The notes: generated by a model not told the origin, from the letters alone. A stretch of DNA of 64,000 bases from an uncultured Chloroflexia bacterium (GCA_963713975.1 OY970218.1:2016001-2080000); one strand, 5' to 3'; positions 1 through 10,124 are shown, counted from the stretch's first letter. Made by a program: numbers and translations.

Positions 1-629
1 GTGCCGAGGTGCTGGCACATGCCTATGGCGCTCCCGCGACCGCCCCGGCGGAGGACACGACCGCCGTTCAGGGCGAGATCCGCTCGCGGCTCATGAAGGC
101 AGGCCGGATCGCGTTCGTGCCCGAGTCACCGCTCACCTTCGACCGCGCATATCGCCTCGTCCTCGAGCAGGACGGCATTCCCTGCTATCCGACCCTAGCG
201 GACGGCGCCGACCCGGTGTGCCCCTGGGAGGAGCCGCCCTCGGCGCTCGCCGGGCGCCTCGCGGAGCGAGGGATCCACATGGCCGAGCTCATCCCCGGAC
301 GCAATGACCGCGCCGTCGTGGATGCCTACGTGACCGCGTTCCGCGACGCGGGGATCCTGGTGCTGGCGGGGACCGAGCACAACACGCCGGACCGGATCCC
401 CGTGGAGCCGCGCTGTCGTGACGGGGCACCGCCGTCGGGGATGGCGCGAGCCCTGTTCTGGGAGGCCACCTGCGTCGTCGTGGCACACCAGCACGAGCGG
501 GCCGCCGGCCGTCCCGGCTATGTCGATGGTGACGGCAGTCCCGCAGCGGGCTACCCGGACACGGAGAGCCGGATCCGCCGGTTCCGCGAGCTGGGGGCGA
601 CCCTCATCGAAGCCGGGGAGGCACGCTGA
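1..629 (+). CDS. PHP-domain-containing protein, C-terminal part (5' end lies outside the window)
   Basis: Open frame from the window edge. Motifs GIPCYPTLADG, ELIPGRN and AGTEHNT resemble PHP-family proteins of sugar clusters. Stop overlaps the next ATG (TGATG). Confidence 0.6.
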   Translation, partial: AEVLAHAYGAPATAPAEDTTAVQGEIRSRLMKAGRIAFVPESPLTFDRAYRLVLEQDGIPCYPTLADGADPVCPWEEPPSALAGRLAERGIHMAELIPGRNDRAVVDAYVTAFRDAGILVLAGTEHNTPDRIPVEPRCRDGAPPSGMARALFWEATCVVVAHQHERAAGRPGYVDGDGSPAAGYPDTESRIRRFRELGATLIEAGEAR

Positions 630-2668
630 TGCATGATCCCGAGGCGCCCTCCGGGCTCGAGCCTCCGACCGCGATCATCGATGAGCTGATCGGACTCGCA
701 CGGCACTTCGGGGCGGACCCCGACTTCTCGCGCGGCGGTGGGGGCAACGCATCCGCGAAGGCCGACGGCGTGCTCTGGATCAAGCCCAGCGGCGTCTCCC
801 TCGCCACGCTGGCCGCGGAGGCGCTGGTGCCGCTCGACATGGCCCAGCTGCTCGCCCTGCTCGACGTGGATCCGGCGAGCCTGGAGCCCGGCGAGGATCC
901 GGTGATGCGTGTCGCCGCCGAGGCCCGGCTCGCCCATGCGCACGGGCGACGGCCCTCGGTGGAGCTGCTGTTCCACGCCCTGTTCCCGCAGCGGTTCGTC
1001 CTCCACACCCACCCGATCCTCATCAACGCCGTGAGCTGCAACCGCGATGGCCAGGAGCTGGCCGCCCGGCTGTTCGGCGACGCGGTCGTGTGGGTGCCGT
1101 ACACGGACCCGGGGCTCCAGCTCGCGGCGGCGATCGCGGCCGCCCGCCGGGCACACGAGGAGCGCACCGGGGCGCCGGCGCCGCAGATGACCCTGCTCGG
1201 GAACCACGGCCTGGTCGTCACCGGTGAGACCGCGCGGGAGATCGAGGACGCCACGGCATGGCTCGTGGCCCGGATCGCGGAGGCCGTCGCGGCGACCCCC
1301 GAGCCGTATTCCACCCTCGAGCAGGATCCCGATCGCGTCCGGCAGCTGGTCGATGCGCTCGCCCCAGCGCTGCGTGCCTCCCTCTCAAGCGACGACGAAC
1401 GGCGCATCCTCGTGTTCGACGACGATCCCGTCGCCGCCGGGTTCACGACGACCGCCGAGGGCAGGGCGTTCGTGGCCGGTGCGCCGCTCACGCCGGACCA
1501 GATCGTGTACGCGGGCTCGTGGCCCCTGTTGCTCGACATCGCCGAGGACGCGGATCCCTCCGCCATCCCCGTACTGGCGGCCGAGGGGGTGGCGGCGCAC
1601 GCCGCCCGAACTGGCGCAGCCCCCATCGTCACGGTCGTCCCGGGGCTCGGCCTGTTCGCCGTCGGCGACACCTGGGCCCAGGCCGACACCGCCCGCCACA
1701 TCTACCTCGACGCGTTGCGCGTGGGGGCCGGGGCGGTCCGCCTGGGTGCGGTCCGCCACCTCAGTGCATCGGAGCTGCAGTTCATCGAGGCCTGGGAGGC
1801 TGAGGCCTACCGCAAGCAGATCTCGGCCGGCGACCGGTCGCGCGGGCGACTCGCGGGTCGGGTCGCGCTGGTCACGGGCGCCGCCCAGGGTTTCGGTCTC
1901 GCGATCGCCGAGGGGCTGATCCGCGAGGGGGCCCACGTCGTCCTCGCGGACATCAACGTCGCCCTCGCCGAGCAGAACGCCGCGCGGCTCGCGGAGCTGC
2001 TGGGCCCCGGGGCCGCCGCCGCCGTGCCGATGAACGTGACCGACGAGGCGTCGGTCGCCGACGGGATCCACGCGGCCGTCCGATGCTACGGCGGTCTCGA
2101 CCTCCTGGTCTCGAACGCCGGCGTGTTGCGGGCCGGCAGCGTCACGGGCCAGCCGCTGGCCGACTTCGACCTGGTCACGCGCGTCAACTACCGCGGCTAC
2201 TTCCTGTGCGTGCGGTTCGCGGCGCCCGTGATGACCACCCAGCATGCGGTCCGCCCCGCCTGGCTGGGCGACATCATCGAGATCAACTCCAAGTCCGGCC
2301 TCGCCGGGTCCAGCCGCAACAGCGCCTACGCCGGCAGCAAGTTCGGCGGCATCGGCTTGACGCAGTCGTTCGCCCTCGAGCTCGTCGGTGACGGCATCAA
2401 GGTCAACGCCATCTGCCCCGGCAACTTCTTCGAGGGCCCGTTGTGGTCCGATCCCGTGAACGGGCTGTTCGTGCAGTACCTGCGCGAGGGCAAGGTGCCG
2501 GGCGCCACGACCGTCGAGGACGTCCGCCGATCCTACGAATCCAAGGTGCCCATGGGTCGCGGCTGCTCGCCGGCCGACATCCTCGAGGCCATCAACTACC
2601 TGGTTGCCCAGCAGTACGAGACTGGTCAGGCGCTGCCCGTCACTGGCGGCCAGGTCATGCTCAGCTGA
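629..2668 (+). CDS. Bifunctional class II aldolase-like domain / SDR (sorbitol-6-phosphate 2-dehydrogenase SrlD-like)
   Basis: N-terminal GGGNAS-K, PSVE..FH, HTHP and NHG (RhaE-like aldolase). C-terminal TGAAQGFG, NSKSG, YAGSKFGG and KVPMGRGC..GQ..VTGGQVM match SrlD-type SDRs. Confidence 0.85.
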   Translation: MHDPEAPSGLEPPTAIIDELIGLARHFGADPDFSRGGGGNASAKADGVLWIKPSGVSLATLAAEALVPLDMAQLLALLDVDPASLEPGEDPVMRVAAEARLAHAHGRRPSVELLFHALFPQRFVLHTHPILINAVSCNRDGQELAARLFGDAVVWVPYTDPGLQLAAAIAAARRAHEERTGAPAPQMTLLGNHGLVVTGETAREIEDATAWLVARIAEAVAATPEPYSTLEQDPDRVRQLVDALAPALRASLSSDDERRILVFDDDPVAAGFTTTAEGRAFVAGAPLTPDQIVYAGSWPLLLDIAEDADPSAIPVLAAEGVAAHAARTGAAPIVTVVPGLGLFAVGDTWAQADTARHIYLDALRVGAGAVRLGAVRHLSASELQFIEAWEAEAYRKQISAGDRSRGRLAGRVALVTGAAQGFGLAIAEGLIREGAHVVLADINVALAEQNAARLAELLGPGAAAAVPMNVTDEASVADGIHAAVRCYGGLDLLVSNAGVLRAGSVTGQPLADFDLVTRVNYRGYFLCVRFAAPVMTTQHAVRPAWLGDIIEINSKSGLAGSSRNSAYAGSKFGGIGLTQSFALELVGDGIKVNAICPGNFFEGPLWSDPVNGLFVQYLREGKVPGATTVEDVRRSYESKVPMGRGCSPADILEAINYLVAQQYETGQALPVTGGQVMLS

Positions 2669-2691
2669 CCCAACGCCGAGGAGCCTTCGAA

Positions 2692-4416
2692 GTGACCGAG
2701 CCCACCGCCACCGGTACCGCCGTCCCGGTCACCCAGCACGCGATCCAGATCGTGGCGCCGGGCGAGATCGTCCACAACCGGACCAAGCCGGTTCCGGCAC
2801 CCGGGCCCACCCAGGTCCTGCTGCGCATCGAGGCCGTCGGCATCTGCTTCTCGGACACCAAGCTGCTGCACGCGTTCACGGCCCACCCCCGCAAGGGCGA
2901 GGTGACCGGCGGCCTTGCTCCCGACGAGCTCGCGGAGATCCCGAGCTACGTCCCCGGCGAGGCGCCCACCGTTCCGGGACACGAGGTCGTCGCCCGGATC
3001 GTCGCGATCGGTGATTCCGTCCAGCGCCACCGGGTGGGCGAGCGGGTCCTGGTCCAGACCGACTACCGCCACCTGGCGACTGCGCGCTCCAACGCGGCCT
3101 TCGGCTACAACTTCGAGGGCGGGCTGCAGGAGTTCGTCATCGTCGACGAGCGGGTCGTGATCGAGCCCGGCACCGGGGAGCGGTTCTTGATCCCGGTCGA
3201 CGAGGAGCCGTCCGCCTCGGCGGTTGCGCTGCTCGAGCCGTGGGCATGTGTCGAGGCCTCGTACACGGTGCGCGAGCGGGGGACGCTCCTCCCCTCCGGT
3301 CGCCTCCTCGTGGTTGCCGATGGCGGGGCCACGGTGCGGGGCCTCGACACACTGCTCTCGGCCGCGACGCCTGCCGCCGCGACCGTCGTGGCGCCCGACG
3401 ACGCGCCGGCAGAAGCGGTCGAGGCGGCGCTCTCACGGGCTGGAGTCGCCGTGGTCCGCGCCGGCACGCCCGACGGGCTGCCGCCGGCGTCGTTCGATGA
3501 CATCGTCTACTTCGGGGCCGACGCGAACCGGATCGAGACGCTGGGGGCGCTCCTGGCCCCCCGCGGCGTGATCGACATCGTGCTCGGTGGCGGTCGTATT
3601 GGCCGCCCGGTGGCCGTCGACGTCGGACGTGTCCACTACGAACTGACCCGATGGGTGGGCACCCCGGGCAATTCGGCGGCCGACGGCTACGCCTGGATCC
3701 CGGCAGATGGCGAGCTCCGGGCCGGCGACCGGGAGGCGGTCATCGGCGCCGCGGGCCCGATGGGCTTCATGCATGCGGTTCGCGCCGTCACCGCGGGCCT
3801 CACGGGGCTGGACCTGACGGCCATCGACATCGACGACGCCCGCCTGGCCCACCTCGCGGAGGTTGCCGGGCCGCTCGCGGCGGAGCGCGGGGTCGCCGCC
3901 TCGTTCCTCAACAGCCGCACCACCGCGCCGGAGCCCGGCTTCAGCTACGTGGCCGTGATGGTCCCCGCGCCGGCCCTCGTCGTCCAGGCGCTGGACCTGG
4001 CGGGCGAGGACGCGCGCGTCAACCTGTTCGCGGGCTTCGCGGTCGGAACCCTGGCGGAGCTGGATCTCGACTCGCTGGTCACCAAGCGTGCCTACCTGTT
4101 CGGCACGAGTGGCTCCGAGATCGCCGACATGAAGGCCGTGCTCGCCAAGCTGGAGCGCGGCGACCTGGACACGAACCTCTCGCTGGACGCGGTGACCGGC
4201 ATGGAGGGGGTCCGTGACGCGCTCGCCGCGGTCGAGGCCCGCACGTCGGGCGGCAAGATCGTCGTCTACCCGTCGCTGCCCGAGATGGGCCTGGTCCGGC
4301 TCGCGGATCTGCCGCAACGCCTGCCCGGGGTCGCCGGCCGGATGCGGGACGGCCGCTGGACCCGCGACGCGGAGGCCGAGCTGCTCGCGGTGGCCGGGGG
4401 CGAACCGCGGCCATGA
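2692..4416 (+). CDS. Zn-binding medium-chain dehydrogenase, L-sorbose-1-phosphate reductase (SorE)-like, extended (574 aa)
   Basis: GTG at 2692 after a GAGGAG RBS. GICFSD, PGHE, LEPWACV, GAAGPMG, FAG, GTSGS and GGKIVVYP motifs of the SorE subfamily. Confidence 0.75.
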   Translation: MTEPTATGTAVPVTQHAIQIVAPGEIVHNRTKPVPAPGPTQVLLRIEAVGICFSDTKLLHAFTAHPRKGEVTGGLAPDELAEIPSYVPGEAPTVPGHEVVARIVAIGDSVQRHRVGERVLVQTDYRHLATARSNAAFGYNFEGGLQEFVIVDERVVIEPGTGERFLIPVDEEPSASAVALLEPWACVEASYTVRERGTLLPSGRLLVVADGGATVRGLDTLLSAATPAAATVVAPDDAPAEAVEAALSRAGVAVVRAGTPDGLPPASFDDIVYFGADANRIETLGALLAPRGVIDIVLGGGRIGRPVAVDVGRVHYELTRWVGTPGNSAADGYAWIPADGELRAGDREAVIGAAGPMGFMHAVRAVTAGLTGLDLTAIDIDDARLAHLAEVAGPLAAERGVAASFLNSRTTAPEPGFSYVAVMVPAPALVVQALDLAGEDARVNLFAGFAVGTLAELDLDSLVTKRAYLFGTSGSEIADMKAVLAKLERGDLDTNLSLDAVTGMEGVRDALAAVEARTSGGKIVVYPSLPEMGLVRLADLPQRLPGVAGRMRDGRWTRDAEAELLAVAGGEPRP

Positions 4417-5423
4417 GGGTCCTCCGCCTCCACGGTGCTCGGGACGCTCGGCTGGCCGACGAACCGGTGCCGGTGCCCGCCCCGGGCGAGGCGCTGGTGC
4501 AGGTCACGGCGGTCGGCATCTGCGGCTCTGACCTCCACTGGTTCACCGAGAGCTCGATCGGTGGCGTGGGTCTCACCACGCCGCTGGTGCTGGGCCATGA
4601 GGCCGCCGGGGTGATCGCCGATGGCCCCAGGGCGGGGGAGCGGGTGGCCATCGACCCGTCCGTCCCCTGCGGGCGCTGTGCGACCTGCGACCGTGGCCTC
4701 GGACACCTCTGCCCGAGCGTCCGGTTCCTGGGCTACGGCACGAGCGACGGCGCGCTGCGGGACTACATGGCGTGGCCGGAGGCGAGCCTCGTGCCCATCC
4801 CGGACGAGATCGACGACGTGGGTGGCGCGATGCTCGAGCCGCTGGGGGTCGCCATCCACGCGCTGCGGCTGGCTCGGCTCCGGCCCGGCGACCGCATCGG
4901 GATCTTCGGTGCGGGCCCCATCGGGCTCCTGCTGATCCAGCTGGCCCGCGCTTCAGGTGCCACGCAGGTCGTGGTCACGGACCGCCTGCCCCATCGGGTG
5001 GCCGCCGCCCGGGAGCTGGGCGCCGTCGCTGAGCTCGTGACCGACGGGTCGGAGCGTGCCGCGCTGGCCGACGCCACGGGTGGCCGGGGCGTGGACACCG
5101 CGATCGAGATCGCCGGCGAGGACGATGCCATCGGCGCCGCGATCGAGCTGGTCAAGCCGGCAGGCATCGTCGTGGTCGCCGGCATCCCCGACGGACCAAC
5201 CCTCACGATCACGGGTGCGACGGCGCGACGCAAGGGCGTGGACCTGCGCTTCTCCCGGCGGATGAACCGCGTCTATCCCCAGGCCATCGACCTCGTGACC
5301 CGCGGGCTCGTGGATCTCGACGCGGTCGTATCCGACCGCTACGCCCTGGACGACGCACCCGCCGCGCTGGCATCCGCGTCCCGCCGCGAGGGCCACAAGG
5401 TCATGGTGCTGACCAGCGCTTGA
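4413..5423 (+). CDS. Zn-dependent polyol (sorbitol/L-iditol-type) dehydrogenase
   Basis: GICGSDLH, GHE, CxxCxxC..C structural Zn site, EPL and GAGPIG; ATGA overlap with the upstream gene. Confidence 0.85.
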   Translation: MRVLRLHGARDARLADEPVPVPAPGEALVQVTAVGICGSDLHWFTESSIGGVGLTTPLVLGHEAAGVIADGPRAGERVAIDPSVPCGRCATCDRGLGHLCPSVRFLGYGTSDGALRDYMAWPEASLVPIPDEIDDVGGAMLEPLGVAIHALRLARLRPGDRIGIFGAGPIGLLLIQLARASGATQVVVTDRLPHRVAAARELGAVAELVTDGSERAALADATGGRGVDTAIEIAGEDDAIGAAIELVKPAGIVVVAGIPDGPTLTITGATARRKGVDLRFSRRMNRVYPQAIDLVTRGLVDLDAVVSDRYALDDAPAALASASRREGHKVMVLTSA

Positions 5424-5495
5424 CGCCGGGTCGGCGAAGGGCTGGCGAGGGATCGACCAGCGCTGCGATCAATTGCGGAATGGTCGAAGTCCGTC

Positions 5496-5550
5496 TTGAC
5501 ATCGCAACCAGATCCGATGCAAAGTGTATGCATTCGCAAGCAAGCGAAGG
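5496..5550 (+). promoter_or_regulatory. Putative sigma70-type promoter and DeoR operator region of the rha operon
   Basis: TTGACA at 5496-5501 in an AT-richer patch; short TCGCAA/TGCAAA repeats at 5502, 5518 and 5534. The -10 element is weak. Confidence 0.45.
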
Positions 5551-5577
5551 TCCATTGACCCGTCAGCGGAGTCGCCC

Positions 5578-6435
5578 GTGACCGCGAAGGCTGCCGATCT
5601 GCCCGATGCCGTGTTTGCCCGCGAGCGCCAGGAGCAGATTGCCCAGATCGTCGTCGAGTCCGGGCGCGCCCGGGTGACGGAGCTGGCGCGCCGGTTCGGG
5701 GTGTCGGCCGTCACCATCCGCAAGGATCTCCTCGTCCTCGAGGGCGAGCAGCGTCTCGTGCGCACCCACGGTGGCGCGATCGCTCCGCGGAGCACGGGCC
5801 GACCCGAGCTCGCCTTCGACCTCCGCGAGCGGCTGCACCGGTCGGAGAAGTCCCGGATCGGCGCCGCCGCCGCCACCCTTGTCCGGGACGGCGACAGCAT
5901 CGTGTTCGACGCCTCGACGACGGCCCTGTACGTGGCGCGCCAGCTCAAGGCACGTGAGGACTGGCACCAGCTGACGGTCGTCACCAACAGCATCCGGATC
6001 GCGATGGAGCTTGCCGGCCACCCGGGGATCACCGTCCTCCTGATCGGTGGCCGGGTCCGCTGGGAGGCGTTGTCGGTCGTCGGGCCGCTCGGTGACGGAG
6101 TGTTCCGGCGGGTCAACATCCAGAAGGCGTTCGTGGGAGCCGTCGGCCTCAACCTCGAGACCGGCCTGAGCGACGCGATGGAGGAGGAGGCGCAGATCAA
6201 GCGCTCCATGGTCGCGGCCGCCCACGAGGTCTACGCCCTGGTGGACCACACCAAGTGGGGTCGTGTGGCCTCGGCATCGTTCTGCCGCACCGACCGCATC
6301 ACCGGTGTCATCACCGACAGCGAGGCGCCCCCCGAGTTGGTCGAGCAGCTGGTCGCGATGGGCATCGACGTCACCCAGGTTGCCGCAGGCACGCGGCAGG
6401 ACGCCGCGCACCAGGTGAGCGGAGCCGCCGGATGA
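5578..6435 (+). CDS. DeoR/GlpR-family transcriptional regulator (probable rhamnose repressor)
   Basis: ERQEQI..HTH, VSAVTIRKDL, RTHGGA, DASTT, VTNS and DHTKWG; first gene of the rha operon; GTG start 5578. Confidence 0.9.
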   Translation: MTAKAADLPDAVFARERQEQIAQIVVESGRARVTELARRFGVSAVTIRKDLLVLEGEQRLVRTHGGAIAPRSTGRPELAFDLRERLHRSEKSRIGAAAATLVRDGDSIVFDASTTALYVARQLKAREDWHQLTVVTNSIRIAMELAGHPGITVLLIGGRVRWEALSVVGPLGDGVFRRVNIQKAFVGAVGLNLETGLSDAMEEEAQIKRSMVAAAHEVYALVDHTKWGRVASASFCRTDRITGVITDSEAPPELVEQLVAMGIDVTQVAAGTRQDAAHQVSGAAG

Positions 6436-8030
6436 CGAGCCCGGTCGCGGTCCCGAGCGCCGGGTCCGCGGGCGATTCCCAGTCGCCTCGCCTCGAGCTG
6501 CGCGGCATCTCCAAGCGATTCGGCGCCACGGCCGCCCTGACCGACGTGTCGATGGACCTGCGCTCCGGCGAGATCCACGCACTTGTCGGCGAGAACGGCG
6601 CGGGCAAGAGCACGCTGGTCAAGATCCTGGCGGGCGTCCATCAGCCCGACAGCGGCACCATCCTGCTTGACGGAGCGCCGACCCAGATCCACGGCCCCGC
6701 CCAGTCGCGGGCGCTTGGCATCGCCGTGGTCCACCAGGAGCCGCGCCTGTTCCCGGACCTGAGCGTCGCAGAGAATGTGTTCATCGGTCATGCCCCGTCC
6801 GGGCTGGCTGGCTCCATCGACTGGCGCGGAATGCGCCGGGCGGCGCAGGCTCTGTTCGATGAGCTCGACGTGCAGTTCGACGTCGGCGCGCCCGTCCGGG
6901 GCCTGTCGATGGCAGACCAGCAGCTGATCGAGATCGCCAAGGCGCTGTCGGTGGACGCGGGCGCCCTGATCCTCGACGAGCCGACCGCGTCGCTGTCTGC
7001 CCACGAGGTCGAGCGGCTGTTCACGATCGTCCGCCGCCTCCGCGATCGGGGCGTCGCGATCCTGTTCGTCAGCCACCGGCTGGACGAGGTGTTCGCCCTC
7101 TGCGATCGCGCGACCGTGTTCCGCGACGGGCGGCACGTCGTCACGATGGCGACTGCCGAGCTGACCACCGCTGACCTGATCCGCCACATGGTCGGCCGGA
7201 CGGTGTCGCTCTTCCCCAAGGTCGAGAACCCGATCGGCGAGGTCCTGCTCGAGGTGACCGGCCTGACCCGCGTGGGCGTGTTCCGCGACGTCGCGTTCAC
7301 GGTGCGCACGGGCGAGATCCTGGGCCTCGCCGGCCTCGTGGGCGCCGGCCGGTCCGAGGTCGCCCGGGTCCTGTTCGGGATCGACCGACGCGACAGCGGC
7401 GAGGTGCGGCTCGGCGGCAGGCTCGTGGACTTCTCCGCCCCGTCCGCCGCGATGAGCGAGGGTGTCGCCTACCTGCCGGAGGACCGCCACCAGGAGGGCC
7501 TGGTGCTCGACTTCTCGATCGCCCAGAACGTGACCCTGCCGATCCTGCCCCGCCTGTTCCCCCGCCTCCTCGTCTCTGCGGCGACAGAACGCCGCGTCGC
7601 CACGGAGCACACGGAGCAGTTCAACGTCCGGATGACCGGCGTCGACCAGGAGGTGGGCGCGCTGTCGGGCGGCAACCAGCAGAAGGTCGTCCTGGCCAAG
7701 TGGCTGGCCTCCGGTCCCCGCCTCCTCATCCTCGACGAGCCCACACGGGGCATCGACATCGGCGCCAAGGTGGAGGTCCACCGGCTCATCGCAGAGCTCG
7801 CGGCGTCGGGCCTCGCGATCATCCTCATCTCGAGCGACCTGCCCGAGGTCCTGGCCATGTCCGACCGGATCGTGGTCCTCCACGAGGGCCGGGTCACGGC
7901 CGAGATCGCCCGTGAGGATGCGACGCAGGAGAACGTGATGTTCGCCGCGACCGGCAGCGTCACCGCCGCCGGTGCGCCGCAGGACCCGGGGAGCGCCCCG
8001 CACGGCGAGGGTGAGGCGCCCCGTGGCTGA
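6432..8030 (+). CDS. rhaT: Rhamnose ABC transporter ATP-binding protein (CUT2)
   Basis: GENGAGKST, two NBDs, LDEPT and LSGGNQQKV; ATGA overlap with the DeoR gene. Confidence 0.9.
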   Translation: MTSPVAVPSAGSAGDSQSPRLELRGISKRFGATAALTDVSMDLRSGEIHALVGENGAGKSTLVKILAGVHQPDSGTILLDGAPTQIHGPAQSRALGIAVVHQEPRLFPDLSVAENVFIGHAPSGLAGSIDWRGMRRAAQALFDELDVQFDVGAPVRGLSMADQQLIEIAKALSVDAGALILDEPTASLSAHEVERLFTIVRRLRDRGVAILFVSHRLDEVFALCDRATVFRDGRHVVTMATAELTTADLIRHMVGRTVSLFPKVENPIGEVLLEVTGLTRVGVFRDVAFTVRTGEILGLAGLVGAGRSEVARVLFGIDRRDSGEVRLGGRLVDFSAPSAAMSEGVAYLPEDRHQEGLVLDFSIAQNVTLPILPRLFPRLLVSAATERRVATEHTEQFNVRMTGVDQEVGALSGGNQQKVVLAKWLASGPRLLILDEPTRGIDIGAKVEVHRLIAELAASGLAIILISSDLPEVLAMSDRIVVLHEGRVTAEIAREDATQENVMFAATGSVTAAGAPQDPGSAPHGEGEAPRG

Positions 8031-9051
8031 GTCCGACATGGCAGCAGCGCCCGAAGCAGGGCCGGCCAGGCGCAACTGGCTCCTGGCGATCGGTCGCCAG
8101 CGGGAGCTGAGCCTGCTCGCGATCATGTTCGTGCTGGGCGCCGGCGTGTCGATGATGGCACCCCAATTCCTGTCGGTGGAGAACTTCAGCCAGGTCGCGG
8201 TGCTGGCCTCGGTGGTCGCGATCGCCGCGGTCGGCGAGGCGATCGTCATCATCACGCGGGGGATCGACCTCTCGGTCGAGGCCATGATCGGGCTGGTCGC
8301 CTACAGCGTGGCCCGGAGCCTCGAGCTCCACATCGTGGATCCCGTCGGGGCGCTCGCCATGGGGCTCGCGATCGGCCTCGGGCTGGGCATGATCAACGGC
8401 TTCATCGTCGCGGTGCTCAAGGTGCCCGCGATCGTCGCCACCCTCGGGACGCTGAGCATCTTCCGCGGCATCGACTACGTGATCGCCGGTCCCGACCAGG
8501 TCCCCCTGGCGGGCCTGCCCGACGGGTTCACCGACCTGAGCCGCGCGGACATCTTCGGGATCCCGGTGTTCGTGCTGGTCGTGGTCGGGGTGGTCGCCGT
8601 CGGCTCCATCCTCCTGCGCTCGACGAGGTTCGGGCGCCAGGTCTACGCCGTGGGCAGCAACCCCGAGGCCGCCGCCATCCTGGGCATCCCCTCGCGGCTC
8701 GTCGTGTTCGTCGCATTCTCGCTGTGCGGGCTCATGGCGGGCCTGGCGGGCGTGATGTGGGTCATGCAGTTCGGGACGATCAACGGCACGGCCGCGACCG
8801 GGGCGACGCTGGCCATCATCGCCGCCGTGGTGGTCGGCGGCGTGAACACGCTGGGCGGGTCCGGGACGCTTGCCGGCGCGGCGATCGGTGCCCTGTTCCT
8901 GGGGTTCATCGCCAACGCGCTGATCCTCGTCGGCCTCTCGCAGTTCTGGCTCCAGGCCATCTACGGCGTCGTGATCCTGGTCGCGATCGCCAGTGACCAG
9001 CTGATCCGTCGCAGCGTCCAGCGGGCGAACACCCGGAGCGGTGCCCGATGA
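8023..9051 (+). CDS. rhaP: Rhamnose ABC transporter permease
   Basis: GIDLSV, VATLG, GRQVYAVGSN and AAVVVGG motifs; hydrophobic; rha context. Confidence 0.85.
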   Translation: MAESDMAAAPEAGPARRNWLLAIGRQRELSLLAIMFVLGAGVSMMAPQFLSVENFSQVAVLASVVAIAAVGEAIVIITRGIDLSVEAMIGLVAYSVARSLELHIVDPVGALAMGLAIGLGLGMINGFIVAVLKVPAIVATLGTLSIFRGIDYVIAGPDQVPLAGLPDGFTDLSRADIFGIPVFVLVVVGVVAVGSILLRSTRFGRQVYAVGSNPEAAAILGIPSRLVVFVAFSLCGLMAGLAGVMWVMQFGTINGTAATGATLAIIAAVVVGGVNTLGGSGTLAGAAIGALFLGFIANALILVGLSQFWLQAIYGVVILVAIASDQLIRRSVQRANTRSGAR

Positions 9052-10124
9052 GCGTCACGACCCAGTCCGGCACGGGCCTCGGCCGCTGGACGCGGCTGCT
9101 TGCCCGCTGGGAGATGCTGCTGCTGGTCGCGCTCCTGGGCCTGATCGTCCTCGGCAACGCCCTGTCGCCGTTCTTCCTGACCGCGGACAACTTCTCGAAC
9201 CTCGCCGCCGCCCTCATGGAAGTGGCGATCATGGCCCTGCCACTGACCCTGGTCATCATCCTGGGCGAGATCGACCTGTCCGTCGAGTCGATGGCAGGGC
9301 TCGCCAGCGCCGTTCTCGGCTTCCTGTGGGCGGCCGGTGTCCCGCTCGAGATCGCGATCCCGGCCGTCCTCCTGATCGGCGCCGCGGGAGGCGTGCTGAA
9401 CGGGACGCTCGTCGCGCGCGGCGGCCTGCCGTCGCTCGTCGTCACCCTGGGCACGCTCGCGCTGTTCCGGGGCCTGGCGCTGATCGTCCTCGGGCCGCGG
9501 GGCATCAGCAACTTCCCGCCCGCGTTCACGGAGCTCGGGTTCGGGGATGTGCCGGGCACGGCGATCCCCTGGTCGTTCGTGGTCTTCATCGGGCTCGCGC
9601 TGGTGATCGGCATCGTGCTCCACAGGACGTGGATCGGCCGCCAGACCTACGCGATCGGCAGGAACGCGGGAACGGCCCTCTACTCCGGGGTCAGGGTCGC
9701 CCGCATGCGCATCAGCCTGTTTGTCCTGTCGGGGATGGTCGCGGCGCTCGCGGGCGTGATCCTCACCTCGCGCCTGTCGAGCGCCCGGGCCGATGCCGGC
9801 AGCGGGATGACCATCACCGCCGTCACGGTGGTCCTGCTTGGCGGCGCCAACATCTTCGGGGGATCCGGGACGATCCCCGGCACGGTGCTCGCCGTGCTCA
9901 CCGTGGCGGTGATGCAGAACGCACTCCGCCTCGCCAACGTGTCGGTCGAGGTCCAGAGCATCGCCCTCGGGCTGCTCCTGATCCTGTCCGTCCTCATTCC
10001 CACCTTTGCTCGCCTGGCCAGGTCGGTCATCGATCGCGTCCGTGGACGCCGGCGCCAGCCGGCCGACGGGATCAAGGGAGAGCAGGCGCAACAAACCACA
10101 GGCACAGAGGAGGAACGGTCTTGA
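9048..10124 (+). CDS. rhaQ: Rhamnose ABC transporter permease
   Basis: WE N-terminal motif, GEIDLSV, VVTLGTLALFRGLA and VLLGGANIFGG. Confidence 0.85.
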   Translation: MSVTTQSGTGLGRWTRLLARWEMLLLVALLGLIVLGNALSPFFLTADNFSNLAAALMEVAIMALPLTLVIILGEIDLSVESMAGLASAVLGFLWAAGVPLEIAIPAVLLIGAAGGVLNGTLVARGGLPSLVVTLGTLALFRGLALIVLGPRGISNFPPAFTELGFGDVPGTAIPWSFVVFIGLALVIGIVLHRTWIGRQTYAIGRNAGTALYSGVRVARMRISLFVLSGMVAALAGVILTSRLSSARADAGSGMTITAVTVVLLGGANIFGGSGTIPGTVLAVLTVAVMQNALRLANVSVEVQSIALGLLLILSVLIPTFARLARSVIDRVRGRRRQPADGIKGEQAQQTTGTEEERS

